Source: Octopus bimaculoides
Lineage: Eukaryota
NCBI RefSeq assembly: GCF_001194135.2
Contig: NC_068995.1
Coordinates: forward strand, 5,036,503-5,100,502
Direction of reading: 5' to 3'
DNA length: 64,000 nucleotides
Positions 1 through 11,679 of this stretch are shown piece after piece (the stretch's first letter is position 1; every line of letters starts with the position of its first letter). Position numbers and translations under genes: made by a program. The notes under the pieces are model-generated. The model had not been told where the DNA came from. It searched no databases and was given only the letters and a program-made list of their open reading frames with translations.

Positions 1-349
1 ACACATCCTGTGACCTCTTCAGTGACTCTCCCTCCCAAGTGTCTTCCTGTTCTGTTTAATTCATTCTCAGTGAAATCGTGTTGAAACAGATATTGTTAAA
101 CACCAGGATGGTCGCTCCCCGCCAATAAACATGCACTATATATTCATACTTGTCCTTCATTTCAGCTTCATCAGTGTTATTGTTCTTCCCCATCCCAAAT
201 AAACACTATGCACTTGTTCTTGACCTCAGCTTTATTATTGTTCTTATTTTAGCGTCCTTTGTCTGGAAATCTTTCATCACACATCCTGTGACCTCTTCAG
301 CAGCCCCCCATCTCACGTGTCTCCTTCTGTTCTGTTTAGTTCATTCTCA
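1..349 (-). mobile_element. Retrozyme/Penelope pseudo-LTR-like head-to-tail repeat (period 278 bp)
   Basis: 1-70 recurs at 279-349. The first 22 nt (ribozyme core and most of stem II) are identical and the flanks are diverged. The left copy runs off the window edge. Confidence 0.55.
261..305 (-). ncRNA. Minimal type-I hammerhead ribozyme motif in a 278-bp tandem unit
   Basis: Minus strand reads GGCTG-CTGAAGA-G-GTCACA-GGATG-TGTGAT-GAAA-GATT-TC-CAGAC: intact CUGANGA and GAAA cores, 6-bp stem II, short stem III, UUC cleavage triplet, stem I 4/5 paired. Confidence 0.7.
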
Positions 350-827
350 TCAGGAATCTTGCAAAACAAATACATAAATGGGCACATACATGATGGGCTT
401 CTCCCAATTTCCATCCACCAAATTCACTCACAAGACTTTTATCGGACCAAGGCCATTTATATCATTATCAGATTACTATAAACCATCTTTAGATCCACAT
501 GCGCTAAAATTCTTAACAAGATCTGTGAATTCCTCTACTAAAAGCCTTAAATAAACTTAAAGTAAGCAGGCCATGGGAACAGAAAAAGGAAGCGCAGACA
601 GCAGGAAGAGTAAATCTCTTCAAATTTTACTCCCAGGCAGTCCAAGTTCAATTCCCTAGCAGGGACTGCAATGTCTTTTCCAGTTTGAGAGGACATACAA
701 AACGGTTACACACACAACCCTAGCCTTCTCCATCATGTGGGGGAAAAAAAGTAAAAAAAAAGCACAGTGAAATTACACATGCAAGTAGGGTAGCAGTCGG
801 TGTTTTGTTGGCAAATACACAAAATCA

Positions 828-1031
828 TGCTTGTGAGTAGGTTTGAAACCTTGAGTCTTTGGACTGGATAATTTAGTCTAATACTTTAATCCACTTGATC
901 ATTTACCATTGACAAAGCATTATATGAGTAATAAAAAAAAAATTAAAAGACAAATACAAAATGCTTTGTAGTGGATTTGAACTCAAGCACTCTGTATTAG
1001 TAGACCAATAGTGTAACCACTCAACCATATC
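828..1031 (-). pseudogene. Two degenerate tRNA-Ser-like units (828-907, 963-1031), or SINE heads
   Basis: Minus strand has A-box-like TGGTTGAGTGG / TGATCAAGTGG and B-box-like GAGTTCAAATC / GGTTTCAAACC, each followed by a T-run. Cloverleaf pairing is poor. Confidence 0.35.
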
Positions 1032-2687
1032 ATTTGAACTACTGTGGTAACTACAGTAAAAACACAAGGTAATTATTGATCTGGTACATGATTAATAATT
1101 TACGGAAAAAAAACCCCAAGAAACAATGGAACTCGTTAAAGACAAGTAGCCTGCGAGGAATAATAATTACAAGATATTTTAATTAGTGTTAATGGCTTTT
1201 AAGTCAAATTAAAAATTTCGTTTTGTCTGAGAGTCATTATGGTAATTATAGATTGTAATCAGTATCCATGAATACTAGACTGACAGAAAAAAAAAATGAG
1301 AGATGGGGATGGGTGGGGTGTGGGTACTACAGGTTAAATTGGGTCCCCAGTACATGACTGGTACTGGATTTATTGACCCCAGGAGGATCAAAGAAACAAT
1401 GTAAATGGTTTCCTTAATTCAGTCACACGTTTTAGAGGAAGAGCATAGTCAAAACTATATAAACTCCAATATATTACAGGTACTTAGACTCCCTGAAGGA
1501 TGAAAAGTAAAAGTTGACCTTGGGAAGATTTGAACCAGAAACAAAAGAGATTAACTAAAAATACTACAAGGTATTTCATTCCATCCATCTTCTCTGCTCA
1601 TTGTTCCTGGAAAATTCAAGGGAGCAAAGTCCTCAGGTTCTTCCATCTTAGGATTCTATCAGATGAGTAATCCTGTGAAAGACTGGTGTCCCATCCAGGT
1701 GGGGAATATATACGCCATCAAACCAGGAATCCGACACTTATGAGTCAGCATGACTCTAAAAGGTACCTTTACCTTATCAGAAGCAACCATCATTACACCT
1801 TTGCAGGTTCAATACCAGCTTGGTATCATGGCAGTCTGCTAACACACGTAGCTAGTATTTCATACACACCACATGGCAATACACGACAGCTGACTTCTCT
1901 AAAATGGGTAAAGACCCCCTTCGGTTTGAACCCAAAGCCATGTAGTTGTGAAGCAAACTTCTTAACCACACAGCCATGCGTATTTGCCCTCCAGCTGGGC
2001 TAACAAAGATAAGACACAAAATAATGTTGCACCTAGAAACACAAACAGCGACTGGTAAATTACAAACTTTTAATACAAAAAGTTCCATAACTTATCCATC
2101 CAATCATAAACTTTAATTCCTTTAAGTTTGTTTGGCTGTTATTTTTCCTATAGAATCTAGGGAGGGGTGACAAAAAGGGGTGATGGCAGTCTTATTTTAG
2201 AACTTTTTTTAAAAAATATATAAACTAAAGGAAAACAAGCAATCGAAATGCATTTAAGACCCACCATTGACAAATAAGATAGTAGTAAGAGGTTAAGTAA
2301 AGTAGTGCAAAGCTAGTTTTAACTGACCTACTTATTTATCCAGACTTTTCGAGGTTGTTGTGGTGGTGGGGGTTAGATTTTTGGTTTTATAACCAGTCGT
2401 ACTGGTGTTTGAATCCTGGCTACAGAACGAAAGTGTTTGGTTAATCCAGAAGAATACAACCCAGAAGACATAATAGAGTTCAAAAAGCCGAATTGCCACC
2501 AAGTAGAGACAGCAATAACCAGGAAGGATATCAGCAGACTTTGAGTAAGATCTGCACTGGAGGAATACAGAATATCTGGTTCCATGTCTAAGATAATGGC
2601 TGATCTCTCTCTCTTTCTCTCTCACACACACACGCACACACAGAGCCTTGAACGCTTCCAAAACAATCAACACACTTTCATTTTTGA

Positions 2688-2887
2688 TCTTGTTTCAGTC
2701 ATTAGACTGCGACCATGCTGGGGCACAGCCCTGAATGAATTGAACCCTAGTTTTTTTTTTTGTTTTTTTAGGCCTGTTACTTATTCCATTGGTCTCTTTT
2801 GCCAAACTGCTAAGTTAGGAGAATGTAAACACACCAACAGTGGTTGCCAAGTGGTGGTGCGGGACAAACAGACAGACATACACACAA

Positions 2888-2931
<44 letters not shown>

Positions 2932-3097
2932 ACTTTACACAATGGGATTCTTTCAGTTTCCATTTACCAAATCCACTCACAAGGCTTTGGTTAGCCTGAA
3001 GTTCTAGTAGAAGACACTTGTCCAAGGTGCTGTACAGTGAGACTGAACCTGGAACCATGTGGTTGGGAAGCAAGCTTCTTACCACAAAGACATGCCT
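2688..3097 (-). mobile_element. SINE family A (tRNA-like head + internal microsatellite + conserved tail)
   Basis: Matches many copies in the window: head GTGGTAAGAAGCTTGCTTCCCAACCACATGGTTCC...GCCTTGTGAGTGGATTTGGTA, a (TA)n/(CA)n linker, tail ...CAGCATGGTCGCAGTCTAATGACTGAAAC. Confidence 0.8.
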
Positions 3098-4251
3098 GCA
3101 ACAAAGAATCAATCGTGATTCCCTTTTCTAGATCCCACCCTCACACCCTATGATTGGACGCAAGAAATGAGGAGGTTATTCCCAGACCTGAGACCTTGGT
3201 GTTAGTGTTTGCCACAAAGTGGATCCTACTAAATGCCCAGGTAGTGGTGGTGGTCATGGCAATGGATTTAGTCTGTGATCCAAGCAAAACAGGAACGGTC
3301 ATTCTGGTGGACTTCCATCCAGGTCTTTCTTGTCTACCAAATTCCAGCCTGAAGGTATTGGTTGACTAAAGGATTTACAGTGGAAGACACCTGGCCCAAG
3401 GTAGCACTTAAAGAGAGATTGAACCTGAGACCACATGGCTGTGGACTAAATCTCTAATTCACACAGCCCAGCCTGCACCTGATCACTGTTAATGGTGGTA
3501 ACATAATTTGTGGTGATGATGATGATGATGATGATAGTAGTGACTGTGGAGGAGATTGATGGTGGTGGCAGAGAGGTTGATGTTAGTGGTGGTGGGAGGA
3601 GGAGTCGATACTGATAGTGGTGATGGTATTTACAATTATGGTGGCTGAATGAGAGACAACAACAATTAATGGTAATCTATGGCACCCATGGCAACAATTA
3701 TGGTCACTGACGATGACAATCACAATAATTGCTTGCGGACTGTAATATTAAACCAATAGTTGTCATCACTGATGATGATGATGATGATGATGATGGCAGT
3801 AGTGGTGGTTATAATCCTTACTTCAAAGCAAGTAAAAGATGGATGAATTATTGATTAATTATAATCAATCGCACCTAAACACACCTTGCGTTGATTGCAA
3901 TCTTGACTGTTAACATCCAGCTTAAAGAAGAAAAGGAAAACATCAAATGGACATTTAGAAATATTATCAGGGTTAAACATCAAGATACCCTCAACAATGT
4001 CACGACCACCACACCTCCACCAACACCACTGCCATAGCCATTGTGACACCACAACACCACCACATAGATAAATATACAACAGGGGTTTTTTTCCAGTTTC
4101 TGTCAATGAAGTCCACTCACAAGGCTTTGGTCAGCCCAGGGCTATAATAGAAGAAACTAGTACAAGGTGCAATGCAGTGGGATTGAACCCGGAACCATGT
4201 GGTTAGGGAAGCAAACTTTTTATCACACAGCCATGCCTATGCTTATGAGAA

Positions 4252-4565
4252 ACTAGCTGACATACTCGGTAATTCCCGGGTTCAAATACTAAGAAATAAG
4301 CATACTCAATTTCATTTTTACCAAATAATTTAGGAAAATGAATGGGTTATTTCCCTTGATTTTCAAAATAAAATATATTAGATATATATAAGGATCCCTT
4401 CCAGAAGCCCTATTATTGATTTTTTTGTCAACAATCTGAGTATTCCATGAGATTTCAAGACATGAGTTCTACTCACATGTCAAGTTTCATCAAAATCGAT
4501 AAAACGATGTAGGAGGAGTTAGCTAACAACTCCACCGACAGAATTTACCACATATGAAGTAGATT
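4252..4565 (+). mobile_element. Non-autonomous Helitron/Helentron-type (Lep1/HINE-like) element
   Basis: Begins ACTAGCTGACATACTCGGTAATTCCCGGG, contains AAGTTTCATCAAAATCG and ends ATATGAAGTAGATT, as recalled for this class. Classification is from memory of family hallmarks. Confidence 0.45.
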
Positions 4566-4679
4566 ACATGTGCATATCTGTGTGTTTGTGTGTAATTAAG
4601 CTATTACTGAACTAATTACTATGTGTAACACAATTTTTGTCCTTGGGTGGAGACTGTTTTTTTTCCTATTACTATTTGT

Positions 4680-5137
4680 AAATCTCACAACGTGAGATAT
4701 TCAGCAACAGTACTTTGTAATAAAGATTGTTTGCCAACATAACGTGGTAGTCCTGGTTTAGGACTAATGTTGCTGTAATTTAGCCCCAGGAGCATCATCT
4801 CAACTGGCTATACGACACAATCTGTGTCCTTATATTTTCGAACAAGGGAATCTAGCACCCCCACTCAGCTCAAAACAATATCTGTGTATCGTGATTTCTG
4901 GGTTATTTCTCTTCATCAGCACAGAATAATTGTTCGGCTAGAGGTGGCACTGCCAAATTCCCATTCGAAATATATAGTTTTCAAAGTGAGAACTAGTCAC
5001 TGATTTATAAATTAGAAAATTACAATTCTTAAATCTCACAACGTGAGATATTCAGTAACAGTACTTTGTAGTAAAGATTGTTTGCCAACATAACATGGCA
5101 GTCCTGGTTTAGGACTAATGTTGCTGTAATTTAGCCC
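4680..5137 (-). mobile_element. 351-bp unit present as a 1.3-mer, containing a hammerhead motif (retrozyme/Penelope-like)
   Basis: 4680-4786 is repeated at 5031-5137 (107 bp, 4 mismatches). No ORF. Hammerhead motif at 4881-4925. Confidence 0.6.
4881..4925 (-). ncRNA. Minimal type-I hammerhead ribozyme motif, stem II degenerate
   Basis: TCTGTG-CTGATGA-AGAGAAATAACCCA-GAAA-TCACGA-TA-CACAGA: perfect 6-bp stem I, intact cores, near-palindromic stem III, AUA triplet. Confidence 0.6.
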
Positions 5138-5703
5138 TAGAAAGGTCTTTCCTATATTTTACCTAGAAAATATAGAAAATGGCTAATATTTCCTTTAAAC
5201 TCTGCTTTTGTTATGATACTTATTGAAACCCCAAAGAATCCATCTCAACACATGGCTATGATGCTCCCTAACTATTCCTGCCCATGATCAGGGATGCACA
5301 TATTTTCAGCCACCGGGGGACATACTCAAGTGGTCAAGGTCAAGCAAAGGTGTGGTATTGCACAGAATATTTGCTATAACAGTATTTCAGCATTGAATCT
5401 GTTTGAAATGTAATGGCGAAATAGGTCAGTTTCAAAACATTGATGTCCAAGTCACAAAGGCAAAGTTTCAAGGCAATAATAGTGATTTCCTTTGATTCCT
5501 AGATAGAAGCAAAGAGGAGATAACACTTACTGACCAGATGCTATGAACAATATAAAGTGAACATGTTTTTTGTTATGATAGCTGGGATGGGCATGGCTGG
5601 CATGGTTCCACTTCATTCAGAGTTGGCTTTGGGTGAGACCCTTCGTTAACGTATTTCTCTTAAATTACCATTGTTTTGATTATTTTTTTTTATAATAATA
5701 CTC

Positions 5704-5914
5704 TTTACTCTTTGACTTCTTTCAGTCATTTGACTGCGGCCATACTGGAGCACCGCCTTTAGTCGAGCAAATCGACCCCAGGACTTATTCTTTGTAAGCC
5801 TAGTACTTATTCTATCGGTCTCTTTTTTGCTGAACCGCTAAGTTACGGGGACGTAAACACACCAGCATTGGTTGTCAAGCGATGTTAGGAGGACAAACAC
5901 AGACACACACACAA

Positions 5915-5961
<47 letters not shown>

Positions 5962-5992
5962 TATATATACATATATACGACGGGCTTCATTC
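5704..5992 (-). mobile_element. SINE family A, tail plus (TA)n linker
   Basis: Same tail as the copies at 8893, 22720, 51396 and 59044. Confidence 0.8.
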
Positions 5993-7859
5993 AAGGTCGA
6001 TAAAATGCTGCCCCAGCATGGCCACAGCTCATGAGCTGAAACCAGTTCAATTCAATTCAGTTAAGCACAGGAGTTGATATAATCAACCTAACACTTCCCT
6101 CGGAATTGCTGGCCTTGAGTCAAAATTTGAAATTGATTATTTTAATGTCATCATCATCATCACCATCACTATCACCAGTGCCATTGTTTGATATCTATTT
6201 TCCGTGCTGGCATGGGTTGAAAATCTAAAAGCAGCTGATTAATTATCTAATTATCTAATTAGAAATCTAAGAATCATAATTTCTAATAGCTTTGCTGTAT
6301 ACATTTGTGTTAGTGTGTGTGTGTATATGTTCTATACTGTCCTGGTTGACAGTTGCCAATAAATAAACTTACCAGGCGACACAACAGAGACAGCTGCTAA
6401 TCCAGCCAAGCTTATTATATCAGAAAAGCTTAAACTTCATTAATCTCATTTCTAATAATAGTGGGGGGGGGGGGCACAGAGGAAACATTAAGGGTTAGAT
6501 TTTAATTCATGCTCCCTATAATGAAAGAATATTATAGGCTGTCTTGCTCCCTCCCTCTCTTCCTCCTCAACCCCTGATTTGATCAAACCTTCCACCCATG
6601 ACCATCTTCTCTTTTCAGATCTTAATCTGCATGCATGAACCACTGGAAGGATCGGATGAAACTTTCAGGGATATTTGGCCCCGTGACTGGCACAAACTGA
6701 TTAGATTTTGGGATCGATCCGGTGCCGGACAAGGATTCTGGATTATTTGTCAAATTTACTTAATTTAATTATTGAGAGTAGTCAGGTTCATTTTTAGTAT
6801 TCTCGTTTGTGAAAGCAGTCGATTCATTTGACTAAAAATTCAAGGTGGTGAAACAAGCAAAAAATAAGGGGGAGATAACTAAAGTGCACCAGTGGCATGA
6901 ATTTAACTAAGTCCTGAAGGGTTTTATAAAATGAAGTTGACAAAAAAATTCTGTGATAATTTTCCTCACTAACTAAGAGGTAAATTTCAATTCATCAAGA
7001 TTGAGTTTTCTGGGTGTTCTTTTTTTCCCCCTTTACATGAGTCAATCAGGACATCTTCCTGATTTAATAAACAAACAAATTTTACAGGTGAACAACAGCA
7101 TGTCATGTTACTCTGCACACCAGGAGATACCTGTTCTTTTATATGCAGATGTGGCCATATCCTTACAGGATTTCCTCTTTCAAATCCTGTTTTTGCTTCC
7201 TCCTTTCTTTAAGTTACACAAATATAGGCTTTGAAATAATAAAGGTATTGTTTAGCTTCAGGTCAGACCTAATCTTGCAGGTCTGTGGTCAAACATTCCC
7301 CAGTCATGACTCCCCTATCTGTTATCTATGACTACTTCGTCCAGTGCAGTCCTCACTCAGTAGACTTACACTCTAGCTGTGATCATCCTGTTTTTTGTTC
7401 AGCATATCTTTTATCTTTTACTTGTCTCAGTCATTAGACTGTGGCCATACCAGGGCACCACCTTGAAGAATTATCAGTTAAATGAATCAACTCCAATACT
7501 ATTGTTTTCTATTTTATTAGTTTCTTTTGCTGAACCGCTAAGTTGTGGGGATGTCAGACTAGTGATATTTTGAAATCATTTCATACATATCTTTCAGGTT
7601 TGCGTAATGTACAATAGGAAGTGCATCCATTACACAAATCTTTCTCAGTCAAAGCATTTTGAAAACATGAAAAAATATGAAAAAATAGATGGGGAAATTT
7701 CAATATAAACACATGGTTCCGGGTTCAGTCCTATGGCATGCCCCTTGGACAAGTGTTTTCTACGATAGATCCAGGCCAACCAAAGCCTTGTGAGTAGGTC
7801 TGGTTGATGAAAATTGAAAGAGCCTGTTGTGTGTGTGTGTGTGCGCGCGTACTTATTCT

Positions 7860-7962
7860 ATTAATCACTTTTGCCAAACTGTTAAGTTACGGGAACTTAA
7901 CACACCAGCACTAGTTGTCAAGCAGTAGTGGAGGACAAACACAAAGATACACACACACACAC

Positions 7963-8002
<40 letters not shown>

Positions 8003-8180
8003 CATGTATATATATATATGCATATATATAAACGATGACGGACTTCTTCCAGTTTCTGTCTTCCAAATCCACTCATAAGGTTTTGGCTGGCCTGAGGCTA
8101 TAGAAGACACTTTACTAAAGTGGGATTAAACCTGGAACCATGTGGTTGGGAAACAAATTCCTTACCACACAGCCATCCCA
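7860..8180 (-). mobile_element. SINE family A
   Basis: Head, (TA)n linker and partial tail. Confidence 0.75.
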
Positions 8181-8892
8181 GCGTGTGTTCATACATGCTG
8201 ACATAGCTGTACACACAACATGTACAAATATACATACAGACTCATTCCAACACCTATGCTTAAAATATATGTTTGCACTGAACAAATTATTGCTGAGTTC
8301 ATAAAACCTAGTGACAGTGTGTGTGAGAGAGGGGGGGGGGCACAGTGTGTGTGTGTGTGTGTGTGTATGAGAGAGGGTAACAATTTGTTTGTAAGTATAC
8401 AAATTGGCACGAGATCCAAATCTATTTTACAAGATCTATTTAATAGCTGTGATATCTAAAGTCAATAAAATATTATTGTTAGAAGGGGGTAGGACAAGTA
8501 GTAGGGGGCATCTGATTGCAAACAATTATAAAGAATATAATTTTTTATTCTATTTTAATTGCTTAGCAGCAACAGCAGTTAAAAGTGAGAGTAATGTGTT
8601 TTGGACTGCATGCAGTTCACTGTCCTTAGCACCGAGAAAACATCTCAGAGCCATATAAGAAGTATTAATGGAGTCGCTAGCAAGACTTCTACCTAAGCAG
8701 GTATAATATGAAAAATTTGAAGAGAAGAAGGGCAAAAATCAAAGCGAAAGCTTCAAAAAACCACCAATTCTACGATAAATACACACATGAGCAATGTAAT
8801 GAATATATATATATTTATATATATTCTGGGGATGCACTTGCATAGCAAGTGACCTGATCTGAAATCGTGTGCTGGAACGAAAACAATTTTAT

Positions 8893-9273
8893 TCTTTTAT
8901 TTGTTTCAGTCATTTGACTGTGGCCATGCTGGAGCAGCACTTTTAGTCAAACAAATCGACCCCCAGGACTTATTCTTTGATAAGCCTAGTACTTATTCTA
9001 TTGGTCTCTCTTTCCAAACTGCTAAGTTATGGGGATGTAAACACACCAACATTGGTTGTCAAGCAATTGTTGGGGGACAAACACAGACACACAAACACAT
9101 ACATACATATACAATGGGCTTCTTTGAGTTTCCGTCTACCAAATCCACTCACAAAGCTTTGGTCAGCCCAAGACTATAGTAGAAGACACTTGCTCAAAGT
9201 GCCATGCAGTGGGACTGAACCCCAGACTATGTGGTTGGGAAGCAAGCTTCTAACCACACAAGCCATGCCTGCA
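8893..9273 (-). mobile_element. SINE family A, full length
   Basis: Head, linker and tail are all present. Confidence 0.8.
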
Positions 9274-9811
9274 CCTACTAAGGGCAGTTTCTTTCAATAA
9301 CAAAAAAAAAAATGACAGACTGTGATGACCCAGCCAAATCATGCCACATAGAAAATACATGCATAAATTATGATGATGGTTAATGATAACGACTAATCAA
9401 TTTTAACTTTAACAGAAGGCTGCATAAATTATGCCTTGTCATTGAACCTGATAGAAACAGAATCAACATCTCTCTCACCCGACACTCCACTATGGAAAGG
9501 GACATTGCATAGTATAGTTCTAAAATTGTCTGGAGTGGTCATGGTTGGATAACTTTGATCATAAAGTGTTCTTCTGCTCCACTGAATCTCATCTGTTATA
9601 TGACACAGATTCACAACTTTATACACAAAACTGCAACATACAGTAATCTTCAAAGTGTTGGGAAAAAAACTTCAACAACAGGATCACTGGTTGCTTTATA
9701 GAAAGACATGACTTGTGAGAAATTAAACTGCTGAGTAATGTAATAATAACAAAAATAATAATAATAGCAACAACAAAAAATCAAAGCAATTCAGTACAAA
9801 GTGAAGAAACG

Positions 9812-9847
<36 letters not shown>

Positions 9848-9962
9848 GAGTGAGAGAGCAGCGCATGCCATCAAAGTGACACTGGGGTACAAATATATGA
9901 AGCCCAGTATACCCATCATGACTACCCGTCTGATAAGGGTACACCAGGCACAAGCATCACAA

Positions 9963-9964
<2 letters not shown>
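9848..9964 (-). mobile_element. 3' end of a non-LTR retrotransposon embedded in (TAA)n, possibly Dong/R4 clade
   Basis: 117-bp unique segment flanked on both sides by (TTA)n tracts. TAA-repeat targeting is a known Dong/R4 trait; the clade call is inference. Confidence 0.4.
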
Positions 9965-10016
<52 letters not shown>

Positions 10017-10017
<1 letters not shown>

Positions 10018-10350
10018 GGTGGTGAGCTGGCTGAATTGTCAGCACACTGGACGAAATGGTTAGTGGTATTTCGCCTATCATTACGTTCTGAGTTCAAATT
10101 CTGCTGAGGTCAACTTTGCTTTGCATCATTTCAGGGTCAATAAGTACTAAGCAAGCCCTGGGAAGGTCGATGTAATTGACTAGTCCCCTCACCTCAAATT
10201 TCAGGCTTATTGTAGAAAGATTTATTATTATCATTAGAGCGATAAACTGGCAGAATCGTTAGCACGCCAGGCGAAAAGCTTAGTGATATTTTGTCTGTCA
10301 TTACGTTTCAAGTTCAAATTCCACTGAGGTCGACTTTGCCTTTCATCGTT
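10017..10350 (+). mobile_element. Two tandem copies of SINE family B (tRNA-like head, (TTA)n tail)
   Basis: GAGCTGGCAGAATCGTTAGCAC...GAGTTCAAATTC B-box. Other copies at about 12304-12455(-), 16090-16280(-), 22425-22570, 31511-31710(-), 37805-38302 and 56657-56862. Confidence 0.8.
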
Positions 10351-10668
10351 CTCCATGCTGGCATGGGTTAGACAGTTTGATCAGAGCTGGGATGTTGCAT
10401 CAGCCTCTTCCAGTCTGATTTGGCTTGGTTTCTACAGCTGGGTGCTCTTCCTAACGCCAACCATTTTACAGTGTGTGCTGGGTGCCAGTTCCCCTTCTGA
10501 GAGTGGGCAGCAGATTTTAGAGACACACTACAAATCTACTGCTTCTTTTTAAGGAGCTTGAAAACAATACATATAGACACACATATATACATACAAGAAC
10601 ACACACACATATATATACACAAGCATGCACCCACACACACGTTTGTGTACATATACACATATACATGC

Positions 10669-10705
<37 letters not shown>

Positions 10706-11112
10706 TACACACATGCATACACATGGGTATATATACACACACACACATCTACATACATATACACGCATATGTATACATACACATGCATACATACACACAT
10801 ACACACACACATACATACATACATATATACATACATATGTTACAAGACACAATGCCACTTTGCATGCCCATATCATGTGATTGTTAATTAAAGAATGGGG
10901 CAGTGTCGAAATGTACAGACCCCCTCCCTGCAGCATTAAAGAAACACAAAACCTATTTGCCCTTCAATAAAACAGGGGGTGGTACATGTATACAGAACTG
11001 TGTATAGGCAGTTTGTTGAAGTAATTACAGGGAGAAGAGAAACACAGTTTATTTTCTTCTTCTACTTTAAGATCAGTAACTGTAAATGTCATATTTTACA
11101 GATTATATACAT

Positions 11113-11149
<37 letters not shown>

Positions 11150-11152
11150 CAC

Positions 11153-11252
11153 NNNNNNNNNNNNNNNNNNNNNNNNNNNNNNNNNNNNNNNNNNNNNNNN
11201 NNNNNNNNNNNNNNNNNNNNNNNNNNNNNNNNNNNNNNNNNNNNNNNNNNNN
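11153..11252. other. Assembly gap. Other gaps: 16514-17436, 20300-20309, 24550-24703, 44656-44747, 52874-53051, 55681-55701, 60235-60626, about 62668-62767
   Basis: Runs of N, most flanked by microsatellites. Confidence 0.99.
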
Positions 11253-11630
11253 AGAGAGAGAGAAAGAATGAATGGGAGTAAGAGAGTCTGCCGCATGTCG
11301 ACCCAACAGAGGGACCAGCTATTCTATACTTGACAGTACCTTGGTACAAAGAATAAGTCCTGGAGTCGATTTCTTCGACTAAAAAAAAAGCCCTTTAAGG
11401 CGGTGCTCCAGCATGGCCGCAGCCAAATGACCGAAACGAGTAAAAGAAAGACTAAGAGTTTACGACACACCCTCACACACACAATGTGGTGTATGTGTGA
11501 GGGTGTGTCGTAATCTCATCTGTACCATTAATAAATTCTTTACAGATGATTAACGACTAAAACAAGATTTACTTACGTCTGTGTCCGAGAAAGTTGTCAA
11601 TATTGCTGAGTGCAGTAGTCATCGTGGTAT

Positions 11631-11679
<49 letters not shown>

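Noticed and set aside
52-174. Extra hammerhead-like pieces: plus-strand TCTGTTT...GAAATCGTGTTG-AAACAGA (52-92) and minus-strand CTGATGA-AGCT-GAAA (159-174)
   Set aside because: The first lacks the CUGANGA core and the second lacks stems I and III, so a both-polarity ribozyme claim is unsupported.
2396-9545. Plus-strand exon-like segments (2396-2545, 7088-7244, 8565-8700, 9417-9542) antisense to G6PD
   Set aside because: Splice-like ends, but stops in or just beyond each frame and no recognisable homology. A lncRNA cannot be excluded without RNA data.
10517-10936. Cluster of overlapping ORFs rich in C/V/Y or H/T/I (also 54830-55835 and others)
   Set aside because: Translations of (CA)n/(TA)n/(CATA)n repeats.
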